The notes: a model not told the origin generated them from the sequence alone. DNA of 64,000 nucleotides from an uncultured Chloroflexia bacterium (GCA_963831305.1 CAWHPL010000001.1:175352-239351), one strand, 5' to 3'. Positions 38,386 through 49,117 are shown, counted from the stretch's first letter. Numbers and translations: made by a program.

Positions 38386-39489
38386 ATGAGAATTTACAGG
38401 TTAGGTGCCGGTTTGGTGCTGGCAACCCTGCTGGTATCTGCATGCAGCACAGATGTTGAACCCACCCAAACTGATTCACTACAAAAGATGGAGGATAACG
38501 CTCAAATGACAAACCCGTATGATGAAACCTATATCAGGCAAGATGGCGTAGAGGTAATCTACTTCGCTGGTGGCTGCTTCTGGGGGCTTGAGAAATTGAT
38601 GGAGTCAATCCCGGGGGTGGTTAACGCCACAAGTGGTTATGCCAATGGAGAGGAAGGTTTATCTCCAACCTACAATTCTGTCTTGACGGGTAACACAGGT
38701 TACCGCGAAACAGTCCGCGTGGAATATGACCCGGAAAAGGTCAGCCTGGATGCACTTCTGTTTGCTTATTTCCATGTGATTGACCCCACGGTGAAGAATG
38801 CACAGGGGAATGATATCGGCACTCAGTACCAAACCGGCGTCTACTACCCGGACGAAAAATCCGGAAAGACTGTCACGCGAATAACCGATATTGTGAAGAC
38901 ACGATACAAACAATTCTTTGTGGAGATAAAACCTCTGGAACGCTTTTATGATGCAGAGGAGTATCACCAGAATTACCTAGATAAAAATCCATCTGGCTAT
39001 TGTCATATTTCCATGGCGGAGATCGACACTCTTAGCAACATGATCATTGACCCCGGTGATTATCCGCGACCAACAGACGAGATGATCAAAGCGAAGTTAA
39101 CTGAAGAACAATACATAGTCACCCAGCAAGACGGGACAGAACCACCTTTCCAGAACGAATACTGGGACAATCATGACCGCGGCATTTATGTGGATGTGGT
39201 CACAGGGGAACCGCTCTTTTCTTCCACTGACAAATATGATAGTGGTACCGGCTGGCCGAGCTTCACAAAGGGAATAGACGAGAATACCTTCTATTTTAAA
39301 GGCGATGGATTAAACGACGCGTCAGGGGCTGAAGTCCGCAGCCGCGCTGGGGACTCTCACCTGGGACACATTTTTTACAACGATCCAACCTCTCCAAATG
39401 GAATCAGGTATTGTATGGACAGCGCTGCGTTGCGATTTATTCCATTTGAGGAAATGGAGAATGCGGGTTATGGCTACCTGAAAGAGTAA
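38386..39489 (+). CDS. msrAB: exported (lipoprotein) bifunctional methionine sulfoxide reductase MsrA-MsrB
   Basis: MRIYRLGAGLVLATLLVSACS lipobox; MsrA GGCFWG; MsrB GTGWPSF and RYCMDSAALRF. Confidence 0.88.
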   Translation: MRIYRLGAGLVLATLLVSACSTDVEPTQTDSLQKMEDNAQMTNPYDETYIRQDGVEVIYFAGGCFWGLEKLMESIPGVVNATSGYANGEEGLSPTYNSVLTGNTGYRETVRVEYDPEKVSLDALLFAYFHVIDPTVKNAQGNDIGTQYQTGVYYPDEKSGKTVTRITDIVKTRYKQFFVEIKPLERFYDAEEYHQNYLDKNPSGYCHISMAEIDTLSNMIIDPGDYPRPTDEMIKAKLTEEQYIVTQQDGTEPPFQNEYWDNHDRGIYVDVVTGEPLFSSTDKYDSGTGWPSFTKGIDENTFYFKGDGLNDASGAEVRSRAGDSHLGHIFYNDPTSPNGIRYCMDSAALRFIPFEEMENAGYGYLKE

Positions 39490-39566
39490 GTAAAGTAAGA
39501 GAATCAGCCTGAATGAACTGCCCCCCAAAGGGTGGGATAAAATGAAAGCTGCCTCAAAGTTTAATA

Positions 39567-39601
39567 AAACAGACACCTTATCTTTGTAGGGTGTCTGTTT
39601 T
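39567..39601 (+). terminator. rho-independent terminator after msrAB
   Basis: aaacagacacc(...)ggtgtctgttt followed by a short T tract. Confidence 0.6.
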
Positions 39602-39732
39602 GATATTAATAGTATCTGTTATGTTTGACCTGTCCTCGATCATTGAGCCCGGGTATAAGTGCAATATAAAAATTTTGAAAATTATCGGTAATATATCTAG
39701 GTGAACTGAAAACAAAAAATTGTTTTTCCTAA

Positions 39733-40374
39733 CTATACTCTCTGGGGTGATGTTTGGGCGGGGGAGGATTTTTTTATCTTTAAGATTTCATCATATTTGT
39801 CTTTAAAAACCTTGATTACATTGGGATCGAACAAAGTTCCATCACATTGCACAATCAACTTATAGGCTTCCTGATCATTCAATGTAGCTTTATAGGTGCG
39901 AGGGGTGGTAAGAGCGTCCAAACAATCAACGACTGCGTAAATTCTCGCAACAAGCGGAATCTTTTCTCCGTTGAGTTTATTAGGATATCCAGAACCATCC
40001 CAGCGTTCATGATGATTTTCTGCAATCACGGCTGCTAGCTGAAAAAGTGGTGACGTAGATCTTTTCAAGATCAAGGCACCAACTTGTGTGTGATTTTCGA
40101 CAGTGACCCATTCACTTGCATTAAATTCACCCTTGCACTTCATAAGTTCATCAGGCATTGTGCACTTACCAATATCATGTAACTGGCTAGCAGTGGCGAT
40201 TTGCTCGCTTTCTTTTCGAGGGATGTTCATACCGATACATATTAATTGACAGTAGGAACGAGTCCTAAAAAGGTGAGCTCGATTATCCCATTCCCTGATC
40301 TCTGCTATGTATGCTAATTGGGAGACTAAATCAATGAGTTCTTCCTCGTTGTTTGAAATAGGTCTTGTAAACAT
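39733..40374 (-). CDS. HD-GYP domain phosphodiesterase
   Basis: QLHDIGK and HHERWDGSGYP. ATG at 40374 (the ORF-track start at 40389 is a TTG). Confidence 0.85.
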   Translation of the reverse strand: MFTRPISNNEEELIDLVSQLAYIAEIREWDNRAHLFRTRSYCQLICIGMNIPRKESEQIATASQLHDIGKCTMPDELMKCKGEFNASEWVTVENHTQVGALILKRSTSPLFQLAAVIAENHHERWDGSGYPNKLNGEKIPLVARIYAVVDCLDALTTPRTYKATLNDQEAYKLIVQCDGTLFDPNVIKVFKDKYDEILKIKKSSPAQTSPQRV

Positions 40375-41011
40375 CGCAATATCTCCCAATATGTATTCTA
40401 TTTAAATCCCAACTCTAACAATTATATGCTGAATTTCAAGAAAAAATATAATTGAACCCATTAAAAAGCAATCCTTTATCACGCCAATTTCAAATAATTC
40501 GTTTGGAGCGCTTAAGGGGCGAGCCCAATTCATTGAACCAAATGTAATTTTAGTTTCACTGACAATAAAACAATGAAAAACGCTAATTGCTTTAAAGGAA
40601 AACTCAACTAGTTCGGGTCTTCAAAAATACAAAACAGGAACAATGTTGTCAAGCATTTCATAAATAGAGCAGGGTCTCTAAAGAAAAGCTTAGTGGAGTC
40701 TATAGGTTAAGGGTACCCGAAATATAGCGCATTCTTTCTCCTTGCCAATTATTATCTGTGCCCATGGAAATAACCTATTGAATGGGAAACTTATCCCTAT
40801 TTGAGCTAGAAAACATTTCCTCGATATTTCAAATCTACCTCGATAATTAACCGCAAGGGAGAAGATTCATTTAGGTGGGCAGTTGGAAGTTTGACGGGAG
40901 AGTGCGCGCTCCCTTGGCTTGGTTGTGGGTTACTACAATATCCCCGAGAGGTTAGCGAGACACTTCAAGAAACTGCGTACAGATTTAAGACAATTCATCG
41001 CCTTGGGGAAA

Positions 41012-42535
41012 TCAAAGCCCGCCGACTCTGGGACGGTACTGAAGGGCTTCAGCCAGGTGAACCTGGGTGATGGGTGATGACCCCGCCAGGTCAGCAATAG
41101 TACGAGAGAGTTTGAGAATCCGATGGTATGCGCGGGCGGAGAGGTCCATTTGATCCATGGCAGCGCGCATCAATCTGCGGCAGGAATCATCGAGATCACA
41201 GTACTGGCGAACCTCAGCCGGGTGCATGTCTGCATTGCAAGTTAATTTTGTGCCAGCAAAACGGGTGCGCTGCAAGTCGCGAGCTGTCTCCACGCGTAGC
41301 GCGATAACACTCGAAGGTTCCCCTAATCTTAAATCACTCAATTTTTCATAATCAACACGCGGTACGTCCACATGTATGTCGATGCGGTCTAGCAAGGGAC
41401 CGGAGATGCGATGCTGGTATTTGGTCACGGTTGAATGGGCGCAAGTACAAGGTTTCACTGCATCTCCATAATAACCGCAAGGGCAAGGATTCATTGCCGC
41501 TACCAGTTGAAAATTTGCCGGAAAAGTGAGCGTTCCCTGGGCACGGCTGATGGTTACGACTTTGTCTTCCAGTGGTTGGCGCAAGACTTCCAGCACGCGC
41601 GAACCAAATTCAGGAAATTCATCTAAAAAGAGCACGCCGCGATGCGCCAGTGAAATTTCACCGGGATGCGGAATGTTTCCTCCGCCTACCAAGCCGGCAT
41701 GGCTGATGGTGTGGTGAGGAGATCGGAAGGGACGGTTTTTAATCAACGGAATCCCGACCGGTAACGCATCTGCGACCGAGTAGATTCGGGTAACATCCAG
41801 TGATTCCTCCACAGTCATGTGCGGCAGAATGGAGGGAAGGGCACGTGCCATGAGGGTCTTGCCTGCACCTGGCGCGCCAATCATCAAGATGTTGTGCCCA
41901 CCAGCGGCAGCAACTTCAAGAGCGCGTTTGATGTGTTCCTGCCCTTTGATTTCCTGGAAGTCTGTTTGAACTTGCGGTTTCACCTGCTCAATTTCAAGGA
42001 CGGGTTGAGGGGGAATTGTGATTTGCCCGATAAGATGGTTGTAAAGGTCCAGGAGGGATTTTACCGGAATGACCTCAATGTCTTCGAAAATAGCGGCTTC
42101 AGGTGCATCTTCTGTTGGCACAAAAATGCGCTTGAATCCTTCCTGCCGCGCCACGGCCGCCATAGGTAACACTCCACGAACATGGCGTACACCGCCATCG
42201 AGCGAAAGTTCTCCCATCACCAGAGAATCCTTTAGACAATCGGGAGGCAACTGGCGATTTGCGAGAAGAATGCCCAAAGCAATGGGTAGATCATAAGCAG
42301 AACCAGCTTTCCGAACGGTTGCTGGCGCCAAATTGACCCGAACTTTTTTGTGTGGATACTCGAGACCGGTATTATGGATGGCGGAGTTAACCCGTTCTTT
42401 GCTTTCCTGGACGCTGGCATCGGGAAGCCCAACGATGACGATAGGCGGGGTGAAGCCAGGGGTAAGATCGACTTCGACATCTACAATGACGCCGTCGAGA
42501 CCAACCACTGCACAGGCGTTGACTTTAGCTAACAT
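41012..42535 (-). CDS. comM: YifB/ComM family Mg-chelatase-like ATPase
   Basis: 507 aa with an N-terminal Lon-protease-like domain. Motifs: GAPGAGKT, LFLDEFPEF, a CPCGYYG zinc motif, and C-terminal RAYHRILKLSRTIADL. Confidence 0.92.
   Translation of the reverse strand: MLAKVNACAVVGLDGVIVDVEVDLTPGFTPPIVIVGLPDASVQESKERVNSAIHNTGLEYPHKKVRVNLAPATVRKAGSAYDLPIALGILLANRQLPPDCLKDSLVMGELSLDGGVRHVRGVLPMAAVARQEGFKRIFVPTEDAPEAAIFEDIEVIPVKSLLDLYNHLIGQITIPPQPVLEIEQVKPQVQTDFQEIKGQEHIKRALEVAAAGGHNILMIGAPGAGKTLMARALPSILPHMTVEESLDVTRIYSVADALPVGIPLIKNRPFRSPHHTISHAGLVGGGNIPHPGEISLAHRGVLFLDEFPEFGSRVLEVLRQPLEDKVVTISRAQGTLTFPANFQLVAAMNPCPCGYYGDAVKPCTCAHSTVTKYQHRISGPLLDRIDIHVDVPRVDYEKLSDLRLGEPSSVIALRVETARDLQRTRFAGTKLTCNADMHPAEVRQYCDLDDSCRRLMRAAMDQMDLSARAYHRILKLSRTIADLAGSSPITQVHLAEALQYRPRVGGL
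41046..41065. repeat. 20-bp direct repeat copy B (inside the comM 3' end)
   Basis: Identical to 38059-38078. Confidence 0.95.
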
Positions 42536-42600
42536 GAGATTAGTGTATGGGAATTGATTTGAATTGTCAATTTATTTTATGATATCGTATTCAACCAGAA

Positions 42601-43548
42601 CTATTGGCTAAGTATAAGGCTGAGATCGCTCTCGGATACTTTTAACAATCCTGCAGCAGGTAATCGCCTTAATAATTCAACCCAATTTCTGTCACTGGCA
42701 AACACCTTTTTAAAGATCGGCAGTGACTTGGTGATCTTGCCGCTTTCCGCCAGGGTGACTGCCTGCCAGAATGGCAATTCGATGATTTCGGGAGCGAGTG
42801 AAGCGGCTGCATTGTAAGCAACAAAGGCTTCCTCGATTTTTCCTTCTGCAAGGCGGGCATCGCCGGTATTCATGGATTGGTAAGCATTGTTCACGGTAAT
42901 CAGCCGGCGCAGCTCCTGCAGCGGTTCGGGGTGGTCATCCACGCGCAGATCGACCAGAATCCCCTGCCATGGATGGGAGAGTCTTTCACCGTCAACCACC
43001 AGCATTGCCGCAGATTGTTTGCCGCGGATGTCTCCGCCTTCCTGTTGGGCTGCATCGAGAGCTTGCATCAAGCGCTCACTCAAATCACCCTTGCTTGCTT
43101 TGAAAGCATCTGCCATGGCATGCCAGACAGTATTCTTTAACATCATGTTTGCCTGGGCAGAGAATTGGTCACCTGATTCGTGACCAGCTTCTTGAATACA
43201 TCGGTTACCCGTGTGAGTTGCTACATTACCTTTGGAATCCACCATCGCCACCTGGCGTAAATCGCGTCCTTCATCCTTTGCGAGGAGGTCAGATAATAAC
43301 TGTTGCTGTGGAATCCCGTTGCGCATTCCATCCAACCCAAGGGGTCCATAGCTGACTTCAACCATCGATTGGGTAGCCACGACACCAACGCCGGCTTCTC
43401 CCCAGGTAACTATTGATCCGGTGCAAAACCAATGGGATTGAACTGCTACGCCCATTTGTCCTGTTTGAGGGTCTCTGGCAACGATCGAGAATGTATGGGC
43501 AAAAGGGAAACGAATTTGGGGCGTGATTGGAGAAGTGGAATTTCTCAT
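42601..43548 (-). CDS. DUF1028 (Ntn-hydrolase-like) family protein with a TPR-like tail
   Basis: The FSIVARDPQTGQMGVAVQSHWF N-terminus is typical of DUF1028. Confidence 0.7.
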   Translation of the reverse strand: MRNSTSPITPQIRFPFAHTFSIVARDPQTGQMGVAVQSHWFCTGSIVTWGEAGVGVVATQSMVEVSYGPLGLDGMRNGIPQQQLLSDLLAKDEGRDLRQVAMVDSKGNVATHTGNRCIQEAGHESGDQFSAQANMMLKNTVWHAMADAFKASKGDLSERLMQALDAAQQEGGDIRGKQSAAMLVVDGERLSHPWQGILVDLRVDDHPEPLQELRRLITVNNAYQSMNTGDARLAEGKIEEAFVAYNAAASLAPEIIELPFWQAVTLAESGKITKSLPIFKKVFASDRNWVELLRRLPAAGLLKVSESDLSLILSQ

Positions 43549-43549
43549 T

Positions 43550-44191
43550 TTATTCTGCCTGGGGTTTGAAATAAAAAGCGGTATCGGAAATGCCGTTGCT
43601 CGTCCAAAAATAACGCCAATTGGAAATCAAGTTAAAAACTTGCTGCCATTCTTCATCAATTGGACCAGTGGAATTGCTGCGGGAATTTGGAGCAGCGGAA
43701 TTGCCGGGTAGGTAGCGGTTGACATTATCAATAACCAGGATGCCGCCGAGCTTGAGCACAGGTAAGGATTTCAGGACACATTGGGCGCGATAGGTTCCAT
43801 CCACGAGGACTACGTCCATGCTGGAAGGTGAGAAATTGCGAGTTATGTTTACATAGTTACTTTCTTTGGCGGGAATGGAGTCATCCTGCTTGGGCTGGAG
43901 TATATAAGTGATGTTCACCATGGAAAGCTCTTTAATTTTGGTTTCGATCTTTGCATACCAATCAGGATTATGCTCGACACTGGTAATGTGGTTTACGCGA
44001 TGGGCAAACCAGAGGGTGCTGCGACCAGAACCGAATTCAAGCATGTTGTCTGTTTTCCGCAGATATCCATCCAGAAATTCAACGGCGGCAGGTGCCAGCC
44101 AGGGAACTTGGGGATTACGGCGTCGGTAGTTTTTTTCGACCAAACGGTCGAATAGATATTGAAAACTCCAATGCTTGTAGGTTCTGCCCAT
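43550..44191 (-). CDS. class I SAM-dependent methyltransferase
   Basis: Motif I LEFGSGRST; 213 aa. Confidence 0.6.
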   Translation of the reverse strand: MGRTYKHWSFQYLFDRLVEKNYRRRNPQVPWLAPAAVEFLDGYLRKTDNMLEFGSGRSTLWFAHRVNHITSVEHNPDWYAKIETKIKELSMVNITYILQPKQDDSIPAKESNYVNITRNFSPSSMDVVLVDGTYRAQCVLKSLPVLKLGGILVIDNVNRYLPGNSAAPNSRSNSTGPIDEEWQQVFNLISNWRYFWTSNGISDTAFYFKPQAE

Positions 44192-44377
44192 ATTTGCTCC
44201 TTTATTTGCGTGTTATCTTTCACCAATCCGTAGTTTCATCACGATGGAAGCCTTGTGCATAATTGAAATCTTAATTATTCAAAAGGGGGAATGATTGAAA
44301 TATTTCCTTGATATTTATGAGTAGGTTATCTGCCGAGGTTATCAGTCTTAGGTGATTTAAAAATAAAAGCTATTGCC

Positions 44378-45283
44378 CTAAACTGATTTTTGCCATCTGG
44401 CAAAAATTGCCGTTGAAAGGAAGCGACCTGCCGATTTTTCCTGCAGCCCCATCTCGCCAAATGTGGTGATTCCAGAATATCCGCGCATGGTCTCATCCAA
44501 AGCCTGCTTCAAAGTAAGTGCTGAGGCTTTTACGGCATAGGCAGTTAATTGAACAAACAACGGTTTTTCTGAGAGCACAGATTTGCACGCTTCAAGCAGT
44601 GATGGAAGGAGTTTATAGAACTCCCACACCTCTCCTTTGGGTCCGCGACCGAATTTAGGCGGGTCAAGGATGATGCCATCGTAAAATGATCCGCGGCGGG
44701 CTTCGCGCTGCACAAATTTCACGGCATCATCCACAATCCAACGGATTGAAGATTGATTAATGGCGGATAGGAGTTGATTTTCTTTTGCCCATAAGACAAC
44801 TTTCTTTGAAGCATCCAGGTGGGTAACTAGGGCACCGGCGCTGGCTGCGGCAATAGACGCTAATCCGGTGTAGCCAAACAAGTTGAGTATCTTTGGTTTT
44901 GTGCCTGATGAACGAATGACCTGATCTGCCCAATCCCATTGGCAAGCCTGTTCGGGGAAAACCCCGATATGCCTAGACCCTGAAAATTGACCCGTAAACT
45001 TGAGATTCGCGTAAGTCATCTGCCATTGTTCAAGTTTATTTCCGCGAAATTCCCAATGACCGCCATTTTCTTCCGGCGAAGGATTATAGATGGCGTTGGC
45101 TTTTTTCCAGTCAGCATCAGGCAGCGCTGGAGACCAGATGGCTTCAGCTTCCGGTCGTACAAGTGTATAAGGACCATACTTTTCGAGCTTGAAGCCGTTG
45201 CCACTGTCAAGCAGGGCATAGTCTTTCCATCTGGTAGGGAATTCCAGCAAGATGGCAGGGGTTGGATTTTCTTTTTGGGTCAT
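44378..45283 (-). CDS. class I SAM-dependent methyltransferase (COG1092/RlmI-like)
   Basis: LNLFGYTGLASIAAA...HLDAS...IILDPPKFGRG. ATG at 45283 (the upstream ORF start is a TTG). Confidence 0.7.
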   Translation of the reverse strand: MTQKENPTPAILLEFPTRWKDYALLDSGNGFKLEKYGPYTLVRPEAEAIWSPALPDADWKKANAIYNPSPEENGGHWEFRGNKLEQWQMTYANLKFTGQFSGSRHIGVFPEQACQWDWADQVIRSSGTKPKILNLFGYTGLASIAAASAGALVTHLDASKKVVLWAKENQLLSAINQSSIRWIVDDAVKFVQREARRGSFYDGIILDPPKFGRGPKGEVWEFYKLLPSLLEACKSVLSEKPLFVQLTAYAVKASALTLKQALDETMRGYSGITTFGEMGLQEKSAGRFLSTAIFARWQKSV

Positions 45284-45397
45284 GATTGAATTGAGTATAA
45301 CAGTAGTGTAAAAAAGAACCAACAAATGGATTGATTCATTTGTTAATTATTGGATGCCATTCTATAATCAAGGGAAGTAAATTGTTTTGGAGCAATC

Positions 45398-46543
45398 ATG
45401 GCACAAACTCTTTTTACATCTGTTGATCGGATGAACACGGACTCAATCAAGTGGAGAGTGTACCCCCCGGATGTTTTGCCGCTGTGGGTGGCAGACATGG
45501 ATTTTACTTCTCCTCCCGAGGTAATCGAAGCATTAAAGAAACGCGTTGAGCACGGTGTTTTTGGATATGGAGATGAATCTCTTAAACTCTTAGAGCTGGT
45601 AGTTGAGCGCATGGAACGATTGTACGGCTGGAAGATTAAGGTTGAAGATATTTTACTAACCCCTGGGGTGATCACTGGATTCAACCTGACATGCCAGGCA
45701 GTGACCAACCCAGGTGATTCAATTGTTATTCAGCCACCCATTTACCCTCCGTTCTTTGGGGTTGCTGGTATTGCCGGGGTTAATCAGATTCAATGCCCAC
45801 TCGAAAATGATGGCACTGGCGACTATACACTCAATTTATCAACCCTTGAAAGTGCACTTGGAAAAAGCAAATTCCTGCTTTTTTGCAATCCCCATAATCC
45901 GATTGGAAAAGTGTACTTGCAAAGAGAACTTGAAAAAATTGCCGAAGCCTGCCTTCGAAATGATGTATTTATATGTTCTGATGAGATCCATTCCGATCTG
46001 GTGTTCTCAGAAAGCCGACATATCCCGATTGCATCGCTAAACAAGGAGATTGGTCAGAAGGTGGTTACACTGATAGCTCCCAGTAAAACATACAACATTG
46101 CGGGATTGGATTGTGCCATCTTGATCTGCGAAAACGCAGAATTGATGAAACATATCAAACAAGCTCGCAGGGGGATTATGGGAGGTGTAAATCTACTGGG
46201 CAACACCGCGGCTATTGCAGCTTATCGTTATGGTCAACCGTGGCTCGAAGAAATCCTCCATTATTTGCAGGAAAATCGGGACTATTTGAGCGACTATATT
46301 CGGAAATATATTCCCAAGATTAAAATCCATTCACCGGGAGCCACTTATCTGGCATGGTTGGATTGCACAGGTCTTGTATTGGAAGTTGAAGCTCATGACT
46401 TTTTTCTGAAAAACGCAAAAGTTGCTCTCAACCGTGGATTTGATTTTGGAGGAGATGGAAGAGGATTTGTTAGGCTTAATTTTGGATGTGATCGAGCGAC
46501 TTTGACGCTTGCATTGGAAAGGATGAAAAATTCATTAAAATAA
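45398..46543 (+). CDS. patB: PatB/MalY family PLP-dependent cystathionine beta-lyase/aminotransferase
   Basis: DSIKW...LPLWVADMDF, CNPHNPIG, and SPSKTYNIAG. Confidence 0.8.
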   Translation: MAQTLFTSVDRMNTDSIKWRVYPPDVLPLWVADMDFTSPPEVIEALKKRVEHGVFGYGDESLKLLELVVERMERLYGWKIKVEDILLTPGVITGFNLTCQAVTNPGDSIVIQPPIYPPFFGVAGIAGVNQIQCPLENDGTGDYTLNLSTLESALGKSKFLLFCNPHNPIGKVYLQRELEKIAEACLRNDVFICSDEIHSDLVFSESRHIPIASLNKEIGQKVVTLIAPSKTYNIAGLDCAILICENAELMKHIKQARRGIMGGVNLLGNTAAIAAYRYGQPWLEEILHYLQENRDYLSDYIRKYIPKIKIHSPGATYLAWLDCTGLVLEVEAHDFFLKNAKVALNRGFDFGGDGRGFVRLNFGCDRATLTLALERMKNSLK

Positions 46544-46612
46544 AGAAGCTCATCCCAATACTATTTGGACAGACTCCTTTTTATTTTTATTTATTTAATT
46601 GTTTTAAAGTTC

Positions 46613-46642
46613 GAGGCTGACTAAAAAGTCAGCCTCTTTTTT
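46613..46642 (+). terminator. rho-independent terminator (patB; the hairpin is shared with convergent csp)
   Basis: gaggctgact(aaaa)agtcagcctc followed by T6. Confidence 0.75.
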
Positions 46643-46644
46643 GG

Positions 46645-46863
46645 TTATTCTTGTGCGACGGGTTTTACTTCTGCAGCCTGGAGTCCCTTGGGACCCTTCT
46701 CGACTGAGAATTCAACCTGCTGACCTTCTTTCAGAACCTTGTAGCCTTCCATTTCAACCGCAGAAAAATGAACAAACACATCTTCTGCACCATCGCGGCC
46801 TATAAAGCCGTACCCCTTGGCGGGATTGAACCATTTTACTGTACCTACAAATCGTTCTGACAT
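46645..46863 (-). CDS. cold-shock protein (CspA family)
   Basis: [15 protein letters not shown] and DVFVHFSAV. Confidence 0.95.
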   Translation of the reverse strand: MSERFVGTVKWFNPAKGYGFIGRDGAEDVFVHFSAVEMEGYKVLKEGQQVEFSVEKGPKGLQAAEVKPVAQE

Positions 46864-46920
46864 ACCATTTTCTCCATCTTTTTTGATATGTGCGCACAGG
46901 AAAACCCTGAATAACGCACT

Positions 46921-48405
46921 ATGAATAAAAATTTACCACTCTGGCAAATGAATGTCAAGCAAAGTCATGAGCCGGGTTGTTATAATACCTGTGTGTCGAG
47001 AATAAGATCAGCGCTGCCTGGAATAATAATTATCTTACCGTTGTTTCTCACGGGAATACTTCAAATACAACCATACCCGGAAGCCATCTCAGAGGCTAAC
47101 GCGGCATTATATTCTGTTGATCAGGGTAAATCATCTGCGGTTGAAGATCTGTCCACCTTGCTGGATTTTCAACCCTGGCGCAGCGATCTTTGGGAACGGC
47201 TAGGGCGTGAATACCTGGATAGCGAAAATTTCACTGCTGCAATAGATGCATTTGAAAAAGGGGATAATTTTGGAAAACTTTCAACCGATGGAAAGATCGC
47301 ATGGGCAGATGCTTTGATCTCAGGGGGGGAGCTAGATTCGGCCAAAGAACTGTTGAGGTTAACTGCCAGCAATGAGAGCGATCTTTTTAGTTTGTTGCAG
47401 ATAATTGCTTTGCAACGACGGATCAGTGATGTATTTGGCGCTGAAGCAACCCTTTTAAAGGCGAACCAATTATTCCCTGAAAACGCAGAGATCGCTTTTC
47501 AATTGGGATTAATGCTTTGCACCACTCAGCCCGACAGCGCAATTCAGTTCCTATCCCATTTACAAGGCGACAACCAAAATGATCTGCTCTTGAAGGATGC
47601 ACTGATCACTACCATAGAAAAAACGGACTCCATTTCTGCAGCGGAACGCTTTCTGCAGATCGGTCAAGTGCTTTCAACTTTTGAAGAATGGGATGTTGCT
47701 CGGCAGGCATTCCAGTCAGCGTTGGATATTGATCCAAAATCAGCTTTGGCATTGATCTACCTGGCTGAAGCAAAGCAACAACTAGGGATGAAAGCCTTTG
47801 AAAACATTGATCAAGCGATGAAGTTGGCTCCTGAAAACGAGATCGTAAATGGGTTGGCGGGACTATACTACCGACGACAGGCGAAAAACGAATTATCGCT
47901 GATTTATCTCAATAAGGCGGCTGAAATTAACCCCGATGCAGCGGTTTGGATCATTGAAAAAGGGCGAACGTATGAGCAAATGGGAGACCTTGAAACAGCT
48001 TTCAAGTTATTAATTGAGGCGGTTGATCAAGCGCCAAAAGATTGGACAACCTGGAAAGCGCTAGCGGTGTTTTGCATAACCCATAATTATGATGTAGAGG
48101 AAACTGGATTGGAAGCGGCTCGAAAGGCATTGGCGCTGAATCCTTCGTCTCCGGTCTTGATGGATCTTCTAGGAACCGGATTAATGCTCTCGGGGGATTT
48201 TGACAGTGCAGAAAGGTTCTTTATTAAAGCGTTAAATACTGATCCCCACCAATCTGCCATACTTATCCATCTTGGTCAGCTAAAAATCTATCAGCAGGAT
48301 CTATCCCAGGCGAAAGTTTATTTGCAACAAGCGATCGATTTTGCGCCAAGCAATCGATTGAGAGACCTGGCAATCCAATTGCTCAATGAAAAAACTGGCA
48401 ATTGA
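46921..48405 (+). CDS. TPR-repeat protein with an N-terminal TM
   Basis: Multiple TPR-like A..A...AL..dP repeats. The true start may be downstream of 46921. Confidence 0.65.
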   Translation: MNKNLPLWQMNVKQSHEPGCYNTCVSRIRSALPGIIIILPLFLTGILQIQPYPEAISEANAALYSVDQGKSSAVEDLSTLLDFQPWRSDLWERLGREYLDSENFTAAIDAFEKGDNFGKLSTDGKIAWADALISGGELDSAKELLRLTASNESDLFSLLQIIALQRRISDVFGAEATLLKANQLFPENAEIAFQLGLMLCTTQPDSAIQFLSHLQGDNQNDLLLKDALITTIEKTDSISAAERFLQIGQVLSTFEEWDVARQAFQSALDIDPKSALALIYLAEAKQQLGMKAFENIDQAMKLAPENEIVNGLAGLYYRRQAKNELSLIYLNKAAEINPDAAVWIIEKGRTYEQMGDLETAFKLLIEAVDQAPKDWTTWKALAVFCITHNYDVEETGLEAARKALALNPSSPVLMDLLGTGLMLSGDFDSAERFFIKALNTDPHQSAILIHLGQLKIYQQDLSQAKVYLQQAIDFAPSNRLRDLAIQLLNEKTGN

Positions 48406-48446
48406 TGGCATTGGTATAATACGAATAACAATTTCATTGGAGTGAG

Positions 48447-49112
48447 ATGAAAAAACCATCATTTTTCAATATTCAAATTGCAATACTCTTGTTATTGTTC
48501 GCAGCAGGGTGTTCGATACTGCCTGGAACCCCTACAGTGGAGCCCGCCTCACATTCCGGATGGATTTTCTTTGAGGATGATTTTTCGACCTCGCCAAACG
48601 GTTGGGGAACTTCAGGGAGCGAAGGAGGGTCAGCGGCTGTAAATTTCGGCGGTATGGTAATTCGTGTTGATCAGCCGGGGTCACTATTTTGGACGAATAA
48701 TGAAGGACTTTATGCAGATGCGAAAGTTGATGTAGATGCTGTGCTTTTGAACGGTCCCACTAATGATAATTTTGGTGTGATTTGCCGATTTGTAGACAAT
48801 CAAAATTTTTATGGTTTTCTTGTATCACATGATGGTTATTATGGAATTTTTAAGATGCTAGATGGCAAGATGATCCTTGCCGGCAACCAAACGAATTTGG
48901 ATTTTAGCGAGGTGATCCGACAGGGAGGAGTGGTGAACCATATCTCTGCTACTTGTAATGGGGAAATCCTTACGTTAACTGTCAATGATGATGTGCTAGC
49001 AGAAATTCAAGATGGGTCATTTCCTTCAGGTCAAATCGGATTGATTGCGGGGGCTTATGATCAGGCTGGAGTTGAAGTGCTCTTTGACAACCTGGTCGTT
49101 ACCCAACCTTAA
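48447..49112 (+). CDS. lipoprotein, concanavalin/LamG-like (DUF1080-like) domain
   Basis: The LLLFAAGCS lipobox is clear. The domain assignment is tentative. Confidence 0.55.
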   Translation: MKKPSFFNIQIAILLLLFAAGCSILPGTPTVEPASHSGWIFFEDDFSTSPNGWGTSGSEGGSAAVNFGGMVIRVDQPGSLFWTNNEGLYADAKVDVDAVLLNGPTNDNFGVICRFVDNQNFYGFLVSHDGYYGIFKMLDGKMILAGNQTNLDFSEVIRQGGVVNHISATCNGEILTLTVNDDVLAEIQDGSFPSGQIGLIAGAYDQAGVEVLFDNLVVTQP

Positions 49113-49117
49113 TTAAA

